Position numbers and translations under genes: made by a program. Of a stretch of DNA of 64,000 nucleotides, positions 38,956 through 50,940 are shown piece by piece. Position 1 is the first letter of the stretch. Each line of letters opens with the position of its first letter. Origin of the DNA: Lama guanicoe (lineage: Eukaryota); assembly GCA_013239625.1 (NCBI GenBank), contig MU053652.1:8021027-8085026 (forward strand). The letters run 5' to 3'. The notes below the pieces were generated by a model that saw only the letters and a program-made list of their open reading frames with translations, was not told where the DNA came from and ran no database searches.

Positions 38956-39038
38956 GGGGGATTGCTCAGCTCTGGGTCAGTAATGGGATACAGAGCCTTT
39001 CACTTATTTAAATCACTGGCTTAACTCTAACCCTGTTC
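38956..39038 (+). mobile_element. Probable LF-SINE 5' (tRNA-derived head) relic
   Basis: GGATTGCTCAG...GTAATGGGATACAGAGCCTTTCAC...TCACTGGCTTAACTCTAACCCTG follows the LF-SINE head as I recall it; not verified by search. Confidence 0.6.
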
Positions 39039-41853
39039 AAAATTTGGGCTTCCAGTACGTGAGATACCACAGACTCCTTAGAGAACTGCGGAACGTTGTT
39101 TTGGGGTTTTTTTAAAAAAATATCCTTCCAGCCACCATCCAGAAGGAAGTTATGTAAGACGCTTGACGGTTTTATATTCCTAACGACAGCAGAGTATAAA
39201 TGGTGAGGAAGCTCTTACTTCTACTTGGAACAATCCCCATGGAACACAAGCTCTCTCCAACCTTTCCCTGAAAGCTTGGGATGAAGTGAAGAGCTGTGTG
39301 CAGGTGCACTAAGGTGTCAGCCAGTCATTCAAGGGAGCATCATTGGAACGGAACTAGAGACATCGAGATGCAGTGAGAAAGGCAGGAGGAGGTGTATCTG
39401 CCAGCCTTTATTTAAAATTATTTAAATGAAGCACCAGCCAGGAGTCTGAGGAAAAGCCAGATGATATTCTGACATCCTTTAAAACCTATTCACAAGAGCC
39501 CCACTTCTCAGTCTGGAAAATTAATTGACCTTTTCTGGATTAACAGTTTGTCAATCTTGTTCTGGAAAAACCCACTAGTGAGATTTATTCATTCTTCGTA
39601 AGTAGCTGATTTACAAAATAATTGGAACAATCGTACTGGAAAGTTAGCCTTTTCATTTCAAGCACTGGTTAAACTTGCTTAGAGTCAGGAAGACATTTGA
39701 TGAAAGCAATGGGTTCTTTCTCCAGAGGGATGAGTTTCCACTCAAAATTTTGCATAGAATTTTAGGGAACTCATGGATTCCCTGAACCCGTTTCATGTAC
39801 TCCAGGGAAAGAACCTCTAAATTAAGGATTTCCAAATGCTAAATGTACTATTCAGACACCAAGAATGATTAGTTTACTTTCAAATGGACTGAGTCAAATC
39901 CTAGATTTAGACAGTGGAGAGAGGGAAAGTTTGGTGATGGTGTAAGTCTTAGAATATCTTTGGTAATAATAAAAGTGGTGGTTATAATAATAGGCAAAAG
40001 TTACTGAGGGCACATTTGGTTTGAAGCACCGTACAAAGCACTTTGCACACACTGCCTTGCTTCGAATCCTGATTCTACTTTGCAGGTATTAGAGACTCAC
40101 TGTGCATAAGTGAAAACTTGGGCTTCAAGGGTAAGAGAGCCACCCAATGTCACAGAGCTGGTAAGCAGAGTCTGCACAGAGCACGGTACCTTCCTTTTTA
40201 GGTCTTTCCAAAGCTGCAGGAAAACAGCCCATAGTCTGTTGTCCTTAAAAGAAAACACTCTGATCTCGCTCTTAACAGCCAGCTCTTGATGACAATAACT
40301 TCCAAAAATAAAAAATAGCTTCCAGGGACACATCGATCTTTATTGCTGGCTCTGTACAATGAGGCTTTGTGTTGCTTAGGGTGGTCTGGGGTGTCCTAAA
40401 CTTGCCTTCATTCTGTTCTTTTGGTCTTAGAGTCTAAACATTGCTGTCTTAAAACCTGGATCAATACACCAGTTGGTGCCCAGCTGAAGTGTCGGGGGGG
40501 TGGGATGACGTTATGAGGTATGATGCTGGGGTGAACGTGGGTATATGACACCTCTCAGCACCAGATCCTCTAAACCACCTCCAATCCACAGTCCATGCTA
40601 TCACTCTACTGTTGATAAGTTTGTGAGGCTCCTCAGATCTTTCCTTGAAACACGGGAGCTCCCACAGCACTGGACCAAGGTCCTCCTTCTCCCTGAGTCA
40701 GGGTGAATATAACTTTGTTCCCTGCAAATTGGTTGGTTGGCTGGCTTCCAATTATATCCGAGTCTGTTTACTCCACTCACCCACATGCTCAGTCTTGGCC
40801 ATAAAAAAATTGAAACCATTTCCATGGGTCCTAAACAGGGCTGGCCTTAAAAGTTCCCAGAGTGGACAGGTGCTTCCATGATGCAAGGAAGGACTTTGTG
40901 TTCATAAATATCACACTGCCCCCAGCACCTGTCACATCAGTGTAATTCTGTTACATCAGTGAGAGAGTCTGTCCTTTGCAGCTTATTGTCCCATCTTCCA
41001 GTGTCCCTTTCAAAATGCCAATAGCACCATACTGACCCCCAGGGTAGAACCAGGATAGTTGCTGCGGGTGGCATGGGGCAGGGAAGACGGCAGAGGATCT
41101 AAGACTGAATCTGGAGGGGGGTTATAGGACAGGGTAAGAAAAGGGCACTATAATTTGGTTTTCTCCCCTGTTAATATAGGGCCAGCCCAAATCCAACCCT
41201 CTGAGGTTCTGAAGGAGGTGCAGTTTCTGCTGGGTGGAAGAGGGGACATTAATATCATGACGAAATTTTCTTTTACCTTAAAACTTCTGTGGTTCCTGAG
41301 TGACGAGCTCTTCTCCTGCAGGTCCCAGAGAGAACCATCAGGATTCGTCCTATCAGAGGGATGGCTTTAGTGAAAAAGGCATTCTCACATTTTGATTTTG
41401 TGAAGAAAACATCGGCTATCATATGCAAAACAACGCTCTTCTCCTTTTTCTGCATTTTGACCATTCGTGTGTGTCATTTTAAAGACATATTGAAATCAAA
41501 ACAAACAAAACTTTGTGAAAACTTTGGCTTTTATGAGGTGGCGACACACTTTTGTTTTTTCAGAATTCTGCAGCACAAAGTTGCGAATCAGATAAAAATG
41601 GCTTCATTAGGCTGATTTCAGCAACAGAGTCGACTGGTCCCCAAGAGATTTCAGAGGGAGGTAAAATGGTCAGAATGCGGTTCCACCCTACAGACACAGG
41701 TAACTTTTATTGACAAATGACAAGTTATAGCAATTCCCTCTCTGTGATATTTGCCTTTTTTATCAGAGAGAAATCCTACGGATGACAGAGAGAACTAGAC
41801 CAGTTCAAGAAGCATCTTTCTTAACAGCACAACTAGTTCTGCTGATAAACTAA

Positions 41854-41878
41854 ACACACACACACACACACACACACA
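41854..41878. repeat. (AC)n microsatellite
   Basis: Direct observation. Confidence 0.95.
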
Positions 41879-42744
41879 GAGTCCAGAAAACGAATGCTAC
41901 TTTTATGTTGCCTGAAAGTGATAAAATGCTACATTCTAAAAAAAAAATCTAAAAAGGCAAAATGGACATATTGTTCTCTGGACACTAAGTATGACATCTG
42001 GTGTGTAATAAGAATTCACTCAGTATTTGCAGAATGAATAAATAATTGAATGATCAAATATATGCTGCTCTTAAAATTAGCAAAAGAATAGGTTAACCTT
42101 GTCATACATCTGTTTTTGCCAAGTTCACTTTCAGTTTTTGAAGTGACCGAGGCTTCATTTCTAGGTAAATGCACTAGTAATAAAACGTCTCATACTAGTT
42201 TTGCTTATCTCTAGTTTCATATTACAAATTAGACATTTCTAGTCTCCACTATTGATTTCCAAGTCAGTTTCAATTGTGACAGAGATGTAGGAAGACACGT
42301 GTTAGCTTTCGAAAATGACGCTCACATAGAATAGGGAGCTCTAGATTCAGAACTACACGGATTTCTAAGCACATAAATTTCTAGAAACATAGAATGGAAA
42401 AAAACAGAGTAAGCATGGCTTGTGAAAAAGCAGCTTATTCAGAGATGTGCCCTTATCACAAGCTAGTATGATAACACGTTATTTTAAAAAGACATACCCT
42501 TTTTGTTTGTAATTCTAAATCTAGGAATCTTATAGAAATTCAGAGATGTAGGAAAAGATTTGCATATGAAAATGTTCATCTCAGCCGTATGTAAGCTGCC
42601 AAAACACTAGAAACAATATAAAATGTCCAACAAGAGGGAATTTGCATCTTGTTGTGCATCCAAGCTATAGTTATTAAAATTCAACTTCTTGAAGAATATT
42701 TAATGCCATGGATAAAGCGTCATATACAAGAATGATGTTCATTT

Positions 42745-42965
42745 CATCAGACATGACCAGACACTTCGAGGGAACTAAGATTGACTTTATGGAGCCAAAC
42801 CTTACAAAGCCTTCCAGAAAACTGGCCTGGCATCTGGTTTACAGACAGCCTTACAGGGGGTGAGAGAGGTCACTTCCTGGCAGGATAGACCTTGGTAACA
42901 TTGAGAAGAACGGAAATTGCCCACATGTATAGGAAAGCAGGTGAAACCTGGCGGAGAAGGTGCCT
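42745..42965. mobile_element. ERV1 internal (MER4/LOR1-group-like) fragment
   Basis: AAAACTGGCCTGG...GGTCACTTCCTGGCAGG motifs resemble recalled MER4-group internal sequence. Confidence 0.45.
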
Positions 42966-43136
42966 TGCCTTAGGGACGGGCAGAAATCTGAAAGACTGAC
43001 CCATTTACCTGAGTCATCCGCACCAAAGCTTCAGCTTGAACACCAAGGTGACAGGAAGCTCGCTACGTTCCGCACAGCGCTCCCTCTTGGGCCAGCTTTA
43101 ACAGTTAGGCGATACATTTGAGTCCATCTCCTCAAA

Positions 43137-44030
43137 TCAGTATTCTACGACCCTAGTTCTATTCCTCAGAGCCACAGTAAGAAAAGTCGTTCCCCTGCCA
43201 CATGAGAGCCCTTTAAAACCTCTTAGGAAGGCTGTCAGGTCTCCCCCGAGCCTTCTCCTCCCAAGCCTGGACAACTGTTCTTCTAATGACATGGGTCCAC
43301 CTCCCTCCACCATCTTGACTGCTTTCCTGTCACATTCATTCACATTCATTCATTCACCTCTTTCCACAAGTGGCTGTGGCCCATGGGCTCTGATGGCAGC
43401 ACAACAGTTAGAGTCACGTCAACACAACATTGAGCAGGTGTGACCACCTCCCCTTTGCTAGAAACCAAAGAACTGTTGGCTTAGTCCAAGCTCAGATGAA
43501 TTTGGAGGCTATCATGTTACAGACTTGATTTGGACCCCTGTTGCCCTAAATTCTACAAGCCATCGTCCCCCCACGCCCCCACCCCCACATTATTGCTGTG
43601 CAATTCTGTGCAGGACTCTTTATTTAATCCTGTTACATTTCTTTCTTTCTTTGACATTTGACCTTTATTTCAGCCTGCTAAGAGACAACGCTTTTCCTGT
43701 CCTTCTAAGCATTGTTCTATTTGCCTGTCTTCTATACGGACACTGGCTTCATTAATAATGATAAATGTTGAACAGAAACTGGCACAGGACAGAGGTCTTT
43801 GGGTTGACACTGATCTATTACTTAGCACCCTTCAAGGAAAGCTGTTTATCCAGGTACAAATCCTCCCAAAGACACCACCATCTGGTATGAATGTCTCCTT
43901 TTTGATAACGAGACCGTCATCAAGAGATACTGTCGAACGCAGATGCACAGTACCTACAACATTCCCCTTCTCCACTAAGTCAACATGGCAAAGGAAAAGA
44001 GTTGATCAGTAATTGTTGTCATTTTTCCCG
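43137..44030 (-). mobile_element. CR1/L3 LINE reverse-transcriptase C-terminal relic
   Basis: ORF 43137..43349 (RKAVKMVEG..SLEEQLSRLG.RRRLGGDLTAF...KG) mirrors the CR1 ORF2 motif RRATxMVxGL..SYEERL..LG....RRLRGDLI..YK.LKG. Further RT-like DNA motifs follow (GATAAATGTTGAACAG, ACTGTCGAACGC). Confidence 0.8.
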
Positions 44031-46627
44031 AAGGATTTTCAGACCATCCTATTCACTCATTCAGAAATACGTATTCCATGTCTGCTATATTCCAGGGACC
44101 GTGCTAGACACAAGACAATAGGGTCCATGCCCAAAGGGGCTTGCTGCCTTTAAATAATGCATGCTAGACTTTCTCAGACACGACACCAATAACCCCTCTT
44201 CCTTCGAAGGTTTAGCGGAGAGTTAAGCGCACAGCAGGTCCTCAGTAAACATTTGTTTTATTGAGTTTCATAATTATAAGTAACATGTAATGAATGCCTA
44301 CTTATAACGTTCATGAAACTAAGTATGTTAGATAGATGATGTCATTGAATTTCTATGACATGCTTTCTCCCCATTTTACAGATGAGGAAACCGAGGAACA
44401 CAATGGTTAGGTAGTTTGCACAAGCCTGCACATCTAGTGAGTGGTGGACATATCGATATAAACCCAGGCACTATACACAGAGCTTGACCACTGTACTGTA
44501 ACTGATGACTCAACTACTCTGATGGAATTAATAGAAAAGGGTCTTATTCTATAATCCAAATACCTATAAGCTTCAGGAAAAAATTTTCTAAAAGAGTTTA
44601 AGCAAACAACTAGCAAACCTATCAAACAACTCTAGTGGAATATAAATATTTTAGGTAGATTTTCATTTCAAAACAAGATACTCCCATAAAAACAACCAAG
44701 TGTAGAATTATGATACTTTATGATAATAATATAATGTTCTCAGCACAAAGCAGTGTTACGAGTTCCTTGTCTACATTACTCTTATTTCAAAGAAAGCATT
44801 TTGTTTTTGATGTAGAATGAAGTTATCTGTTCATTGAAGAACCAGAGGGGTGAATGTCTCAGATAAATTCTAAGGACCTTCCAACCTCAAGATTCTATGA
44901 ATTAACTTCCAGAAGTGGATTTTCAATTCTATCAAGTTCCTTTTTTCTATCTGATTTAAAAGAATTTAAGGGACTTTTTCAATCTGAATATAAAGCATCC
45001 ATCTTTCATTATGTGACTTTAAAAGACCTGATAAAAAATTTACTTTAATTATTCACAAAAATCATTGAATTTTTTTCTCGGAAACCAGAGCCAGCTAAGA
45101 CTCTTCTGGGATTCCACAGTGTATATGCTGACACTTTCTATAAGCATATTCATTCTTGATCTGTTTTCTCTCATGACACTAATTTTTATGATGCTTAATA
45201 ATGATGCAATTGAGTTAATATTCTATAAACAAATGAAACTACCCTGGTTTCTATTCTGTAATTTAAAAGGCCCTAGACTACAGGCAAACCCACAGGTGAT
45301 CCACTGGAAAGAAAGTAATGTAAAGCTACCCCAATATGTACTTCCAGCTGTTCAAAATATTCTCAATACTAAACTACATAAGCTAGTTGGTGAGGTACAG
45401 ACGAAATATTTCATAATCTCACCTTTTGGAATGATCGTCTTGTCATTCTTATCCAGGGCCTTGCCTTCCTAAATCAGAGGAAGTGCCTCGGAGCCAATGT
45501 GTTCCTCTGTGTATCTAAAATTAAGTACCCAGTTGGTGGTTAAATTAAGTTCTGACCTTGTACAACTGAAACATAAGCAGTTCCTGGCACACAGCAAAGT
45601 ATTACCCATGACTTCTCTAGACCCTCATCAAAAGCAGCACAAGGCCACAGAGGTATAATAAGATTATCTGTGTCCCGATTGGTTCAAAGGGCTCTCATAA
45701 AAACAAACTATCTCCCAGCCCGGCTGCGATGAGGGTTCTTGCTGGAGGAACAAAGCAAAATCACTTACATAGAACTTTTAAAATATTGTAAAATGAGTTG
45801 TTCAAGAGACAAATCTGCTAGTCTCAGCGTCTGCAGAGCCAAATCCACTGTTAATCAATTTTCACACAGGCTATTTCTCATTCTTCATCCTTTAGACGCA
45901 TGTCAAATCTCATTAAATGCAATCTTCTTGTTACAGGAATTTATTGTTTTTCATTTGATTTGCATTTCATAGCTGCCAGTCTGATGCACAAATGGGGATA
46001 GGGCATTCAGTGACCTCTAATCTGACCAACATTTTTTAGGTCAGGTTGTAGCACACGTATGGTCTAAAGTGAGCAGCAGAGGTAAAGCAATCAGAAAGTC
46101 AGTATTTTAACTGGGAGGGGTGTTTTCTATTAAAAAAATAAAGTTTAGTGTCTTACTGGTTTTCTAATGAAAATAACCTACCTTAAGTTTGTTTTGACAC
46201 AGTTATCCTTGGATTAACTCAGGCCACAGTCAGCATTCACAAAGCTGTCTGGCTTCTGTCCCCATCACTGCACTGAACAACTCTGCTGAAGGGTCTCACT
46301 GACCTCCCATTGTCTAAGGCTCCCAGACACATTTCATTTCTTATTTTTCAGGTCCTCTGTTGGATTTGCTGCCACGGATCCCTCCCTTTTTCCTGGAACT
46401 CTCTACTCCCTGGGCTTCGGAGAGTATTACATGCTTTTGCTTTTCTTCTTATCTTTCTGACTCATTCTTTGTCCTTAAGTGTTAATGAATAAACACGCGA
46501 ATTATAGTGAAGTGATCAGGTTTATTTCAAAATGTGGAAAACTGTAAATGTGAAATCAAAGGTCCTACCTCCTCTCGGTGATAAAAGAGGTTATACTTCT
46601 GTCATCGTTAGAGCACACCTCAAGAAA

Positions 46628-46881
46628 TATTTTGTATTTATACCACCATTAATCTTGAAATAGTCAAGGTTGAAATTTAGAACACTGTGCATGTTTTATA
46701 ATTATTAATCTAATGTGGGATTTTTCAATAAGAATTCTTATAAAAAGCAACCTATTTTGTATTTATACTACCATTAACTCTGTCTTGAAACAGTCAATGT
46801 TGGAGGTTAGAACACTGTGCACGTTTTATGATTATTAATCTAATCTGGATTTTTTCAATAAAGAATTCTTACAGAAAGCAA
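46628..46881. repeat. Diverged ~125-bp tandem duplication
   Basis: Two units starting TATTTTGTATTTATAC at 46628 and 46753, both ending (A/G)AAAGCAA, with scattered substitutions and small indels. Confidence 0.9.
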
Positions 46882-47639
46882 TTCACATTGTGAAACTCTA
46901 AGTTCTATACAATTTTTCTTAACTTGCAATATTAAAAATTCATATGAAGGTTTAGAGTATAATGTAATTTATGAAAAATCTATACTCAACATTTAAAAAT
47001 GGGGCTTAGCATATTTCATGGATAATTCTGCTCTTACATCAATACATTTATGCCTATTTTATCTATTTACATAATAGTTATTATAGATCTCATATCATAC
47101 AATATCTAAAGCAAAGATCAAAATAATAGGAAGGACAAAAATGAGAGATGGTGTGGTAAATAAATGAAAAATATGTTATCAATGACACAGACCTATGAAC
47201 AAGTCTTGCCTTACCACTTACTGTCTCTGTCACTTCAGATTTCCTATTTCAAATTTCTGAGACTCAATTTATTCACCTGTAAAATGGGAGTGATAATAAT
47301 AATAGCCATAATAAAAATAATATAATGGCCATGACTCCCACCATGTTTATGAGATCTATTTCTCAAGTAGCTAATCATCTATGCACACACAGTAAAGCCT
47401 GCTTTGAGTAATTCAAACATTTAAGAGAACGATCTATTCATAGTGCTAATAGTCATTTCCATGCCTGCCTGTTTTTTTAAGTTAGCTTTTCCTGCTGGTT
47501 TTCTCAAACGGAAGAAAGTGAATTAGGTTTTTGCACAGTGTCTCTCTAGTTTGTCTGGTGGGGGTGAGTTTCAGGGAGGGGTGTGATCCAAGCAGTGAAG
47601 GACTACGAAGCATTAGCGTTGCCCTAAGAAAGGTACCTA

Positions 47640-48490
47640 TGATGATACTGACGTCCAAATGCGTGTCCCTTCTATCTATATATAGCAAGAAGTGCTTGTC
47701 CTGTTTCAAGATGATAATTTTAGCAACTGATATGAGGAGTCTTAGGTTGAAATGGTTAGAGCACAGTGTTAGAGGGACTGTCCCTGGAACCACCTATTTT
47801 TATTTTGGGGAACAGGGGATTTGGGCAGCATTGGACATGAACTTCCAGGGAGCAACGTGGCTTCCTGGTCTAAAAGTGCTCCTGCGCTTCTCACTCCGTG
47901 TTCCTGAAAACTGGTGTGGGCCTTGCAGGCCTTTGTGAATTTCAAACACAGCTCCTGTTATGATGAGTCACGTAATCCCATCCCATCCCCCCATGAGGCC
48001 ATTTATCATATTTCCTTCTGATGTGGCCCATTCCCTATACAAGCCTCCCTGGAACTGCAGCTTTATCTTTGCTTCTTAGGCAAAGTAGAGCTGCTCACAC
48101 ACCCCGGAGAATCCCACTTTGTTGGGTCCTATTATTTTGTAGTTTATTAAGTAACATCTGTGTAGACCTCACTTGGCTTCATTTTTACTTTGGTATATTT
48201 TAGATTTTCTCCTTCTTTCTCCTTTTCTGCACTTGTTCATTATTTCGGCCTTGGGGGCTGTGATTGAAAAAATGCACATTTTATTTCAGTTGTGGATAAG
48301 ACAGTATAGAAAAATGTGAGAAAATAAATTCTTTATTTTAGTGTGCTTCCCAGTGCTTTAATAGTTGGCTCTTTCCTTTGCTGGACTTCTTACTAATTAT
48401 TTGTTTTCCAGACTGAGAAACAAGTGAAAATGTGAATCAGATGTATTAGTACCACCCTCCATCAGAAGCACTGACGTCACAGGCCCCTGG
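47640..48490. promoter_or_regulatory. Candidate muscle enhancer/promoter motif cluster
   Basis: MEF2 consensus CTATATATAG (47676-47685), near-MEF2 CTATTTTTAT (about 47794), AP-1 TGAGTCA (47964-47970), full CRE TGACGTCA (48472-48479) and TGACGTC (47649-47655). Confidence 0.35.
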
Positions 48491-49416
48491 GAGAACCTGC
48501 ATCGTTGATGTCACTCCATCATTTTGCTTCCATTTAGCAGCACAAGTGGTGAGAGGGTAGCGTAGTTTTTAGTAAGGAAATGCTGTAGATTTACACTAAA
48601 TCAAAGGTGAGCAAAAGGTGGGGAGTATTCTTTCTGGCCCCCAGTTGCACTTACCACTTCATCACCAGTATCTGGTAAAGGGCTTGCCACGTAGAAAGCA
48701 GGCATCAAATGCGAGCTAAATGTCTTGCCAAACACTGGTGGCTTGTTCATATGGGTTCGTAGTTATTTCCTGTCTAATTTAACTAAAGGCTGATTCAATT
48801 ATATCTGAGCTGCAGTGAATTTTAAGAAAGCAGGTTAATCTTTCTTTTCTTTTTTCTTTTCTTTCTTTCTTTTTTAAGAACAAAGCTCTTAATTTTTACT
48901 ACTGCAAGAGACATTTCAAGTGCATCTAAGAGAAAGAACCCTGGATTAAAAGAAGGCAGGGAATCTGTATTTTAGCCTCAGATCTGTTTACATCTTTAGG
49001 AATTAAGGCAAACCACTTAAATGTTTGGGCCTCAGATCCCCCCTGTGTGGTAACACTTCTCTCATTATGTCACACTGTCATGAGAATAAAATAAGAGCAC
49101 CATTATGGAAGTCCTTTGAAAAAAAAAAGTCATCCCCATATAGACAGAGGACTTACTAATAATATCATACTTCTGGGACATAAAATGGACATTTAAAAAT
49201 AACTGTGTGTCTATTTTATACATGCAGACATTTTAGTATATGCAGACTTGGTGCTAGATCGCTTGAGGGCGTGTGTGCAAGGTGGCTGGGATACGCAGAT
49301 CTAGTCATGAAGAAGTTTACCATTGTGTGGAGAAAGTAAACAGAAAAGAAGCCCAAACTGGGTAAGAGAGATAAGACATAAGTAGGCTATGGTGGAGAGG
49401 GTCAGAGAACAAAATG

Positions 49417-49451
<35 letters not shown>

Positions 49452-49462
49452 ACACACACACA
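49417..49462. repeat. (CA)n microsatellite with one CT interruption
   Basis: Direct observation. Confidence 0.95.
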
Positions 49463-50479
49463 TTTGCATATGAGTTTTAAAAAGAGGCAATGGTTTTACA
49501 CTAATGGATAACCAAAGTATTGTGTGTCTTTCCCTTCTCATCCTTCATAATTCTAACCTCTTATGTACCCAAATTAACAGTGCTAAGGCAAGGAGACTTC
49601 CACTATTCTTACTATCTTATTTTATATAAACTAAATGGAATCAGAATCAAGACTCTATAATAGAGCTTTATGTTGACAACCAAAGTAAAATTTGAATTAC
49701 TGAAAACTCAGTATTCTATTGTTCTTTCTGAGAAGAAGTGATCTTTTCATCACCGTGCACCTGTTGTTTTGTTTCAATTTTTTTGAAGTTGCTAACGCAT
49801 GACATTCCATCAATTAATATTTAATTATGAAAAAGAGCACTTTAACATTACCAGTTATAGAAAAATTATATGAACTTGATGAAGAAAACTTATCATGCTA
49901 AAATTTAAAAATTTCAGTGTAAGTCCATTACCATTAAAAGATCCTGGTATTGCCACCTCCTCCCACCCACCCCCACCTTTGCATCAGACCTTTGTTTTTT
50001 ACATTTCAAATGTGACTCATCATTTTGTTCAAACAATTCCAGTATAAAAATTAAGCTTAGTGTTCCTTTCAGGAAACTAGAAAAATGTGATTATTTCTGC
50101 TGGACTTCGATTTACCTCTAGTAAATTGGGTCACTCCTGAGACAAAACACTCTAATTTTTCCAAAATGGTATTTCTACTGCTATACATTATATTCAGCTT
50201 AGTTGTGGCTTGATTTGAGGACTTAATACTCAATTACCATAAAAATGAGGCGAATTTTCACATTTCCTTCATTTGGGCTATAACTCAAAAACGGTAAAAT
50301 CAAGTTGAATTTTGAGGTTTTCTTACAGCATTTTGATGTAACTTGGAACGTCTAGGTAATTTTCTGATCCTGAAGATCTGGACCACCCAGTGCCAGTGAA
50401 CACTTTCACGAGGGCTTTCTTTTCTGGGTACTAGGGTTACAGCAATGAGTACAACATATCACCAAGTAACTAGCAGAAT

Positions 50480-50940
50480 TGAAGGTAAAATTTACAGAGT
50501 TTGCCTTAGATTCGATGTTGGGTATGTGAAAGGGAAGACCAGGATGGAGACTGAGCAACCAGAAGGACGGAGTTGCCATGAACTAAGATGGAAAAGGTTC
50601 CAGAGGGAGCAGGTTTAAGAGAGGAGGAAGAGGAGCTCACCTTAGAGCGTGGAGAGCTTGAAACACCTGTTAAACTCCAAGAGGAAAGGTTAAATAAGCA
50701 AGTGAACGTGAGTCCATGTCTGGGGGGATGTCTGAGCTAGAAAAACAAGTCAGTGATATGGAAATCCATGAGGCTAGATGAGCTCACCAAACGAGTACAC
50801 ATAGATATAAAAATAAAGGCATTCAAGGCATGAGCCCCGGGGCTACCCAAAGCTACGAGACGGAGTGCAGCAGGAATGATCGACTGTATCAAATTCTGCT
50901 GCTCGGTCAAGTAAGAGGAGGACTAAGAACTCACCGTGGG
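50480..50940. mobile_element. L2 relic
   Basis: GGAGTTGCCATGAACTAAGATGG, CCATGAGGCTAGATGAGCTCACC, TGCTCGGTCAAGTAAGAGGAGGACTAAGAA. Confidence 0.75.

Noticed and set aside
39612..39650. U6 snRNA-like stretch (AATTGGAACAAT...TTAGC)
   Set aside because: Only about a dozen matching bases, with no U6 5' stem or downstream sequence; chance level.
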